This document shows positions 57,822 to 64,000 of a DNA stretch of 64,000 bases, in pieces (the stretch's first letter is position 1; every line of letters starts with the position of its first letter). The DNA comes from Xanthobacteraceae bacterium. GTDB taxonomy: Bacteria > Pseudomonadota > Alphaproteobacteria > Rhizobiales > Xanthobacteraceae. The notes beneath the pieces were generated by a model. It worked only from the letters and a program-made list of their open reading frames with translations, had not been told where the DNA came from and made no database searches. Where the stretch lies: contig DATMEW010000123.1 in the NCBI GenBank assembly GCA_035556495.1, forward strand, positions 11,137 through 75,136, written 5' to 3'. The position numbers and the translations under genes were made by a program.

Positions 57822-59072
57822 TTAAGCGCTGGCCGTGCCGGAAAGGCGGGTGGCGAGGCGGGGGTCAACGGTCTTGACGCCGTAGAGAACGTCCAGACGC
57901 CAGGAACTCACGTCATTCGTTCCATCGTAGAACGGGATGACGCGAACCGAGTAGCCCTTGTAGGACTTGCGGGAGACATCGACGGCACCCGGCGGCCTCA
58001 CCATAGGCACCATGACCAGCGAGAAGGCGTTCTTGTGGAACACCAGGTTCTGCGGGTAAGCGGTACCTCCGGTGCCAACTTTGGCAATGGTCGTGGTGCC
58101 ATCGGTCGGAGCCTTGTCCACCGTCTGGTGAGCGCCGGACGTGATGATCGGCGGGGAAATCTTGATCGCCGTATCTCCGGAGCTGGTAGCCGTGTCCTCA
58201 AGAACCACAAACTGTTGCTTGTGCGCCAGCTTGGCCTTGGTGACAGGGTTGACCGCGTACACATCGCTCAATTCCAGGACGTCGCCCTTGTTGAGCGACG
58301 AGGAACTCCAGCCATCCGTGGACAGGTACATGTAACCGGTGTCCTTGGTGGCTTCCCATGTCGTGGAAAGGACGCCATTGCCGGCCGGAGCGTCTGCAAC
58401 TGCCGAAGTGGTAGCGGCCGCGCCGACAGTGTGGGCCTGCACGTTCTGCGACGAGTAGGTGTCCACATTACCGATCATGCCGAGGCGTCCACGCCTGTAG
58501 GCATCCTTGGCGACATCCTGCATATACAGAGCAGTCTGCGAGCCGAGCATACCCCACTGATCAGAAGGCGAAAGGACGGAACTGCGGTTGTCCTGCGGTA
58601 CCGCGCCGAGGTCCAGACGCTCCGGAGCCAGGGCGAAGTCCTTGAAGGAATCAACCGTTTGACCCGGCGTGCCGACCCAGTTCCATACATCCTTGTAGAG
58701 CGAAGTCAGGTCCCGGTCGATTTCGTTCGCAAGCTTGATCATAGCCGGCTTGATGATGCGCTCGGAGAGGTCCTTGATCTGCAAGGTGAGGTCGGAAGAC
58801 GAGAACTTGAAGTCCACGCCCTTCTGCTGGTCCACAGTGACGTTCAGCTTGCCTTCCACAACGTCCTGAATCTCGACAGTCGGGCCGCTGCGGACGGTGA
58901 AATCGGCAGGACGGCGGACGGAGATAGTTTCGCCGACCGTGTAGCCGTTGATGCGCTTCGAGAATTCTTCCTCGTAGCCGCGATAGACGAGACCGCCCAT
59001 CACGCAATTGTTTTCGAGGATACCAACGGCTTCCGCCGCAATGATATCCGCAGTCAGGGTCGTGTTAGCCAT
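57822..59072 (-). CDS. Major capsid protein, P22 coat (gp5) family
   Basis: C-terminal NLVFHKNAFSLVMVPM...GYSVRVIPFYDGTNDVSSWRLDVLYGVKTVDPRLATRL is typical of P22_CoatProtein. Confidence 0.85.
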   Translation of the reverse strand: MANTTLTADIIAAEAVGILENNCVMGGLVYRGYEEEFSKRINGYTVGETISVRRPADFTVRSGPTVEIQDVVEGKLNVTVDQQKGVDFKFSSSDLTLQIKDLSERIIKPAMIKLANEIDRDLTSLYKDVWNWVGTPGQTVDSFKDFALAPERLDLGAVPQDNRSSVLSPSDQWGMLGSQTALYMQDVAKDAYRRGRLGMIGNVDTYSSQNVQAHTVGAAATTSAVADAPAGNGVLSTTWEATKDTGYMYLSTDGWSSSSLNKGDVLELSDVYAVNPVTKAKLAHKQQFVVLEDTATSSGDTAIKISPPIITSGAHQTVDKAPTDGTTTIAKVGTGGTAYPQNLVFHKNAFSLVMVPMVRPPGAVDVSRKSYKGYSVRVIPFYDGTNDVSSWRLDVLYGVKTVDPRLATRLSGTASA

Positions 59073-59087
59073 GGTTCAGATGCCTTT

Positions 59088-59921
59088 TCAGCCGGCACCC
59101 TTCCGCCTTGCTTCCCAATAGGCGGACGCGTCATCCGACTTCGCCAGCGAGGCGAGATTGGTCGGAGGCGACGCGCCACCATTGACGGAGGCGAGCGGGG
59201 CGGGTGCTTTGGTTTGGGTTCGGGGTGAGGGGAGATTGAGGGACGCTTCCATGCGTCCGATCTCCCGCGCAACCTCGCGGGGCGACAGGCGGTTCAGGTG
59301 TTGCGCCGTCGCCGGGTTCTTGGCGAGGTGATAAAGAAGGAGAGGGCCTTGATCGCTGTCCAGAAGCTCGTCGCGGACGGCATCGGAAATCCGGCCGCCG
59401 GACTGGGCATATCGCTCAACCGTCTCGTCATAGTCAGCAATGCGACCCCGCAGTTCGTTGACGCCCTGATCAAAGGAATCCGTCAACTCCTGCCGTTGCG
59501 CTTTGTGCTGATCTTCGAGCCGTGAGATTCGGTCTGCGTTCAGTTCCTCGCGAATGGCCCGTCGCGCATCGTATGCGGTCTTGGCCTGCATGAAGGCGAA
59601 GTAATCGCCATTGAAGTCAGCCTCAACAGGTTCACGATCAGCCTTATCCTTCTCGGCAAGCTGAGCCTTGAGATTGTCGATCTCCGTGCTCATCGCCTGC
59701 ACGCGCCGCTTCATGCGGTCTGTGCGGGACGGTCGGCGCGGCTTCTCGGCATCTCCGGCTTCGCTCTGCGCGTCGTCGGTGTTCGGCTGGTCGGTCTGCT
59801 GTTGCTGGCTCTGTTCGAGCTGCTGCTGATCCACATTCTGCGGGGCAGCGGCTTCGGTTGTGGTCGCGCCTTCGGTCGGCGCACCCTCAGGGGCGGCCGT
59901 CACGTCAGTTTCGGTGCTCAT
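59088..59921 (-). CDS. Scaffolding protein
   Basis: Acidic, Gln/Glu-rich, coiled-coil sequence located between the portal and coat genes. Confidence 0.65.
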   Translation of the reverse strand: MSTETDVTAAPEGAPTEGATTTEAAAPQNVDQQQLEQSQQQQTDQPNTDDAQSEAGDAEKPRRPSRTDRMKRRVQAMSTEIDNLKAQLAEKDKADREPVEADFNGDYFAFMQAKTAYDARRAIREELNADRISRLEDQHKAQRQELTDSFDQGVNELRGRIADYDETVERYAQSGGRISDAVRDELLDSDQGPLLLYHLAKNPATAQHLNRLSPREVAREIGRMEASLNLPSPRTQTKAPAPLASVNGGASPPTNLASLAKSDDASAYWEARRKGAG

Positions 59922-59934
59922 TGTTGGCCCAATG

Positions 59935-59955
59935 AAAAAGGCCCCGAAGGGGCCT
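59935..59955 (-). terminator. Intrinsic terminator with C(UUCG)G tetraloop between the portal and scaffold genes
   Basis: Minus-strand AGGCCCC-TTCG-GGGGCCT followed by TTTTTC. Confidence 0.6.
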
Positions 59956-59990
59956 GCCATCGTGCGGAAACCGGCTGATCCGATGTCCTG

Positions 59991-62075
59991 CTACGAAGTC
60001 TGTTGCGGCGCGCTTTCCCGCGCCTGCTGTGTCTGCCAGGCTGTTGCGGCACGGAGGGCCATTTCTTCCTCCTTCACGCCGGCCTGAATGAGGGCGACGG
60101 CCAGCCGGGTCTGCTGGTCCATCTGCATCTTCTCGCGCTCAAGCATGATCTTAACGGAAAGCTCACGCTCGGCTTGCTGAGCGTCCATAACCGCCTTCTC
60201 CTGATCGAATTGCAGCTTGGCCTGCGCCTGCTGCGCATCCATCTCCGCCTTGATGGCGGCCGGGTCCGGAGGCTGCTGCTGCGCCTGCTGTAGAGCTTGC
60301 TGGATCTGCTCCGGCTCCATGCCCTGCTTTTCCATTTCCTCCATCATAAGGATTTGAGGCGGCATGGTTGCTCTAATGCGTTTGGCGATATCGTCCGCCA
60401 TCGGCCAGTCCTGCGACTTGGCAACAAGGTCCATGACAATCGGCCCAACTGCCGGGGCAGCTTGGATGAAGCTGGTCATGCCTTCGCGGGCTTCCTCTCG
60501 CCGTGTGGCATAATTCGGGCCGACCGTCGCAACCACGTCATAGGAACCGATGGTCACGTCGTTCAGGTAGCCCTCACCATTCGCCCGGTTGATCTCGATG
60601 ATATCGAGCTTGCCATCCTCGCCCATGATCCGGATTTTGCGCTCGGTATCATAGACGTGCGGAATAAGGTCCGCGATGATCTGGCCAGTCCGGCGTACCG
60701 CGCGGGCGAAGTTGTCGATGAACAGATATGAGCCAAGGTCGGACTGGCGCTGGCGAGCCACGATAGCCCGCCCTGATGTCTCATTGGACCGCGCGCCGAG
60801 GCTGGCGTCATAAATGCCCGTGACTGCTTTCAGGTCCTCCTGCGCCATCTCCAGACCCTGGAGGATGCCCTGCGATGACACTGGCGGCTGGACGCGCTGC
60901 GGGCCGGTTCCTCCGTTCTTTGAGTCCGGCTCATAGACGAGATAGGGCAGATTCTGGCTGTTCGCCTGCTCCCACATCTCCTGGTATTTGGCGAAGTTCG
61001 TCTCGGTCCCGATGAACGGGGCTTTGGGCTGTAGGGCTACCGTCTCAGTGTGAGCGGAATGGAAATAGTTGACCATCCGCTGCGGGTCGATGGCGTCACG
61101 GACAATGCCCTTGCGGATGACCTTGCGGCCGATCCGGATTTCCTCACCCAGAACCGGGACAATCGGGATATGCCGGCCGATCCAATCATCCTTGGACAGG
61201 ACATTGGAAGCCGTGATCAGGTAGCGAACAACCTTATGTCCGGGTCGCTTCTCGACACGCGCACCGGAGCGCACCGCGATATCCGATAGCGCAGCCTTGT
61301 CCTCCGCGTCTGTGATGTCATCAACACTGCCGTCCGGCAGCAACACAATCGTGCGCTGGATCGGCTCACGGACCCAGTATTCCGCGACTCTAACAAAATC
61401 GGCATCCACCCACGACGAATTGTGCGTCCATGTGGCGTCGTCGAAGTCGGAAGGCGTGATGTCAGGATATTTCTTTTGGAACAGCGCCCGGCTCATATCA
61501 ACCGGGACAAAGCAATACCGCGCATCCTCCCGGCTGGGCAGCTTGGAATCCGGATCCCATAGCACCGAAATGCCATCGTCGACCGGCGCGATCCGGATTT
61601 CCTGGTTCAGCGTCGTGTCGTCTGCATACTCGGTCGTGACACGCCAATGGCCGATGCCCGCGGCAACCTGACTGTCCGCGGCGCGGAAGTAGATGGCGGG
61701 CGCATCGGACCTGTTCTCGATATACCGCGACAGGCCGGAATATAGGTCCGCCACCTTCTCATCCGCACCGTTATCGACGGGCACGAATTTCAGGCTAGGC
61801 TTCATCTGCCTGATGTCGCCGGTCACCTTGTGGACGAACTGCGGCAGGCGATTGACGGTCAGAGTGGGGCGGCCTTCCGCCTCACGCTTCCTCTTTTGCT
61901 CTGCGTCCCATTGCGCGTTATCCTCGTTCGCGAGGAATTCCAGATCCTCATACGCGCGCCGGATGTTCTCCCGGTCCATTTCGTGCGCGCGGTCCCAGTC
62001 GTCGCGGGCGCGCGCCAGAATGTTCCGCGCATCACTACCCGAATAGGCGGTGCGCGTCGTGTCAAAGTCTGCCAA
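59991..62075 (-). CDS. Portal protein (P22-like)
   Basis: RAYEDLEFLANEDNAQWDAEQKRKREAEGRPTLTVNRLPQFVHKVTGDIRQMKPSLKF pattern; 694 aa; position after terL. Confidence 0.88.
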   Translation of the reverse strand: MADFDTTRTAYSGSDARNILARARDDWDRAHEMDRENIRRAYEDLEFLANEDNAQWDAEQKRKREAEGRPTLTVNRLPQFVHKVTGDIRQMKPSLKFVPVDNGADEKVADLYSGLSRYIENRSDAPAIYFRAADSQVAAGIGHWRVTTEYADDTTLNQEIRIAPVDDGISVLWDPDSKLPSREDARYCFVPVDMSRALFQKKYPDITPSDFDDATWTHNSSWVDADFVRVAEYWVREPIQRTIVLLPDGSVDDITDAEDKAALSDIAVRSGARVEKRPGHKVVRYLITASNVLSKDDWIGRHIPIVPVLGEEIRIGRKVIRKGIVRDAIDPQRMVNYFHSAHTETVALQPKAPFIGTETNFAKYQEMWEQANSQNLPYLVYEPDSKNGGTGPQRVQPPVSSQGILQGLEMAQEDLKAVTGIYDASLGARSNETSGRAIVARQRQSDLGSYLFIDNFARAVRRTGQIIADLIPHVYDTERKIRIMGEDGKLDIIEINRANGEGYLNDVTIGSYDVVATVGPNYATRREEAREGMTSFIQAAPAVGPIVMDLVAKSQDWPMADDIAKRIRATMPPQILMMEEMEKQGMEPEQIQQALQQAQQQPPDPAAIKAEMDAQQAQAKLQFDQEKAVMDAQQAERELSVKIMLEREKMQMDQQTRLAVALIQAGVKEEEMALRAATAWQTQQARESAPQQTS

Positions 62076-62081
62076 GTGGTG

Positions 62082-63371
62082 CTATCCGCCCATCCATGAG
62101 CCGGGCCGGCGCCCGACAATCATCTTCGGAACCAGTTTCCCGCGCGGTTCTTCGTAGGCAACCGCCATCAGGCCGAACGCATCGGCCGCATGGCTCGACC
62201 AGTCATGCTCCGGGCCAAGGCCGATGTTGCGGGCCTCGTCCTTGCGTTCGTGGTAGTAGCCAAGCGCATCACGACCCGCTTCCGTTGCCGCGTCGTTGAA
62301 CCAGCATTTATGGAAAATGCGCCGAACTGCTTCGATCCGCATCGAAGCCGCGCCCTTGCCCTGGTTCGGGACAACCTGAACCTCGAAGCCGGCATCGCGA
62401 ATGTGGTCCTCGTATCGCTTGCCGGTGATGTTGTTTTCGTTCACGCCGTCGTGCGGCAAGATGCAGCTCGCAGCCTGATAGCCTCGCGATCGAAGCTCGT
62501 TGACGTAATAGGCGAGCACCTGCCCGACGCCCTCGATGTAGTCGAGGACAAGAATGCGGTCGCCGGCCCACTGCACGATCCATATCGCCATGGCGTCGGC
62601 CTGCGCCCCGGAGCCGCCAAGGTCGAACACGGCCCTGATCGGCAGGAGCGGATCGGCAGACACGTGACCGATGCGGCCGGAGGCTTTGGCCTCTGTCAAG
62701 TGGCGGGCGAAATAGGCGCCCTCGAATGCCTTGGCGTATCCACCTTCCCAGATGTGCTCATAGCGATCCGGATAGCGAGCCTGGTCTAGCTTCCGCTCAT
62801 CTTCAAGGACCGATGGAAACCACGGGTTGTCCCGCCAGTTCGCCTCAATGACGATGGCGTTATCCGGCTTTTCGCCTCGCAGGAAGGCGTCGATTGCATC
62901 TTTCGGCCGACGCGGATTCCATGAAGCCCAGATTTCCGAACCTTCCGCGCGGATCGTCGGCCGGAGAAGCGTCAAGCTGCGCTCACTGAGCGTCTGCGCC
63001 TCCTCGATCCACGCCCGATTGAAACCTTCCAGCGATTTGATCGTCTCTGCGGTGTGGTCCTGCATACCCTGAAACAGGATGACGCCGCCGCCTGGTGTAT
63101 TGATCTGTTCGCGCTGGCAATCGAAATGCGGCCCAAACCCGAGGGCCTGCACCTTGTCCTCGATCAACCGTTTGGCCGACTCCTTGAGGCTCTTTTGCAC
63201 CTCGCGGATGCAGACTGAGCGGAGGCCGGGGTTGGCGTAATGGTCCTCGACCAGCATCTCTGCGAAGAAATGCGACTTTCCAGACCCGCGCCCGCCGTGC
63301 GCTCCCTTGTAACGAGCAGGGGCCAGCAGGGGCTGGAAAGCCCTAGCTGTCTCGATTTGCAGGATCGACAA
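62082..63371 (-). CDS. terL: Terminase large subunit (Terminase_3/PBSX type)
   Basis: Walker A GGRGSGKS; the nuclease half contains DLGGSG...DAMAIWI. Confidence 0.92.
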   Translation of the reverse strand: MSILQIETARAFQPLLAPARYKGAHGGRGSGKSHFFAEMLVEDHYANPGLRSVCIREVQKSLKESAKRLIEDKVQALGFGPHFDCQREQINTPGGGVILFQGMQDHTAETIKSLEGFNRAWIEEAQTLSERSLTLLRPTIRAEGSEIWASWNPRRPKDAIDAFLRGEKPDNAIVIEANWRDNPWFPSVLEDERKLDQARYPDRYEHIWEGGYAKAFEGAYFARHLTEAKASGRIGHVSADPLLPIRAVFDLGGSGAQADAMAIWIVQWAGDRILVLDYIEGVGQVLAYYVNELRSRGYQAASCILPHDGVNENNITGKRYEDHIRDAGFEVQVVPNQGKGAASMRIEAVRRIFHKCWFNDAATEAGRDALGYYHERKDEARNIGLGPEHDWSSHAADAFGLMAVAYEEPRGKLVPKMIVGRRPGSWMGG

Positions 63372-63732
63372 TGACGCGCTCGATGCGCTGGATCTGGATG
63401 GGCTTACCGTCCGGCCCGGAATGCTCCACGTCCTGCTTGTCGCGCCAGTCGCCGGTTCCGGTGTTCTTGAGGGCGAATATGGACGACGTGACCACTGGTC
63501 CGATCTCCGCCGCCATCAGCCGGCGCTCAAGGAAAAGCTGCCGTTTGGCCTGTCCAACCTTTACAGCGTCGGAAAAGTCTTTGTGTTGGGCCTGCCATTC
63601 GTAGGCCGTGTCGCGATGAAACCCTAGTTCAGCCATCGCCGCCGTCAGAGAGAGTCCTTCGGACATCAGGGCGACGACCTTCCCGCCCATATCCTCCGTG
63701 TATTTGGAGGGACGCCCGATACGTTCAGCCAT
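63343..63732 (-). CDS. terS: Terminase small subunit (HTH)
   Basis: GRPSKYTEDMGGKVVALMSEGLSLTAAMAELG...DTAYEW; overlaps terL by 29 nt. Confidence 0.75.
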   Translation of the reverse strand: MAERIGRPSKYTEDMGGKVVALMSEGLSLTAAMAELGFHRDTAYEWQAQHKDFSDAVKVGQAKRQLFLERRLMAAEIGPVVTSSIFALKNTGTGDWRDKQDVEHSGPDGKPIQIQRIERVIVDPANRDS

Positions 63733-63767
63733 TCAGTCCTCTGTAAGAGAGTGAGAGGGGAGGTAGT

Positions 63768-63986
63768 TCACCGCGGCGAACCGTTGGGATGGCGGGTAAT
63801 GGCAACGTTTGCCCACATTGCATTCGACCGATGATTGCGGAGAACAAACGTCTTGTCGGGTCCGTCCGGAAGCTCACTGTCCAGAATGTCCGAATATGCC
63901 TTGGCCGCAGCCCGAACTCGGGACATCGCCATATTTTGCTCGTCTGTGGGGTTCAGGTACTCATAAGTGGTCGGGTCAAGCGTCAT
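63768..63986 (-). CDS. Small phage protein, Acb2/Tad1-hairpin-like (hypothetical)
   Basis: Y.YLNPTDEQ...VR...LPDGPDKTFVLRNHRSNAMWANVAITR resembles the two-helix hairpin motif (P.GR.ksLA.TKLEEA.MWA.KAI). I prefer the ATG at 63986 over the TTG at 63998. Confidence 0.4.
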   Translation of the reverse strand: MTLDPTTYEYLNPTDEQNMAMSRVRAAAKAYSDILDSELPDGPDKTFVLRNHRSNAMWANVAITRHPNGSPR

Positions 63987-64000
63987 GTGTTCACCCAATG

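Larger units (their letters stand above)
43091..64000 (-). mobile_element. P22-like prophage, late (packaging/head/ejection/tail/lysis) region; continues past the right window edge; left boundary somewhere in 43091-43520
   Basis: Gene order terS-terL-portal-scaffold-coat-gp4/gp10-like-ejection proteins-tail fibre-tailspike-lysis, all on the minus strand with many ATGA-type overlaps. Confidence 0.85.

Noticed and set aside
58035-59228. 397-aa plus-strand ORF (and similar ones at 55821-56627 and 44366-44948)
   Set aside because: They are antisense to the coat/scaffold, gp10-like and endolysin genes respectively; shadow ORFs.
43091-64000. Integrase, excisionase, repressor or transposase genes; IS elements
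   Set aside because: None is recognisable in the visible part of the prophage or elsewhere in the window. The early/immunity half presumably lies beyond 64000, so completeness and att sites cannot be asserted.

Overview
High-G+C alphaproteobacterial (Rhizobiales/Hyphomicrobiales-like) chromosome segment; my hand counts on sampled 60-nt lines give about 65-70% G+C. It has two parts. (1) 1-43.1 kb is an ordinary core-genome neighbourhood. It holds groES-groEL with a textbook CIRCE operator, thrS, yidD, folE-hisI, cysE, gpt, nadK, cutA and a divergent copA/csoR copper module with a CsoR-type operator. It also holds an orphan Anbu proteasome homologue, a BTLCP(LapG-like)/PilZ/PAS_5 cluster, a CheY-like receiver + Hpt pair, tRNA-Leu(TAA), tRNA-Thr(TGT), and assorted enzymes, transporters and hypothetical envelope proteins. 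Many long ORFs in the six-frame track are antisense or alternate-frame shadows typical of high-G+C DNA. (2) 43.1-64.0 kb is the late half of a P22-like (podovirus-type) prophage, with late genes on the minus strand. In order they are small and large terminase, portal, scaffold, P22-type coat, gp4/gp10-like head-completion genes, ejection/internal proteins (one with a lytic transglycosylase domain), tail fibre, pectate-lyase-fold tailspike and a terminal lysis cassette. The prophage runs off the right edge, so no integrase or immunity region is visible. The most interesting material is prophage cargo. (a) A three-gene opposite-strand, low-G+C cassette (49.7-50.5 kb) sits in the slot where P22 carries sieA/immI; it encodes a stand-alone Cas2/VapD-like small protein and two translationally coupled small membrane proteins. 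(b) A self-contained low-G+C moron (45.2-46.3 kb) has its own AT-rich promoter region, its own terminator and a G10 tract abutting the start codon. (c) A DUF115/Maf-like (glycosyltransferase-type) gene is translationally coupled into the capsid module. (d) A small Acb2/Tad1-hairpin-like ORF lies upstream of the terminase genes. All family assignments come from by-eye motif recognition, not database searches.
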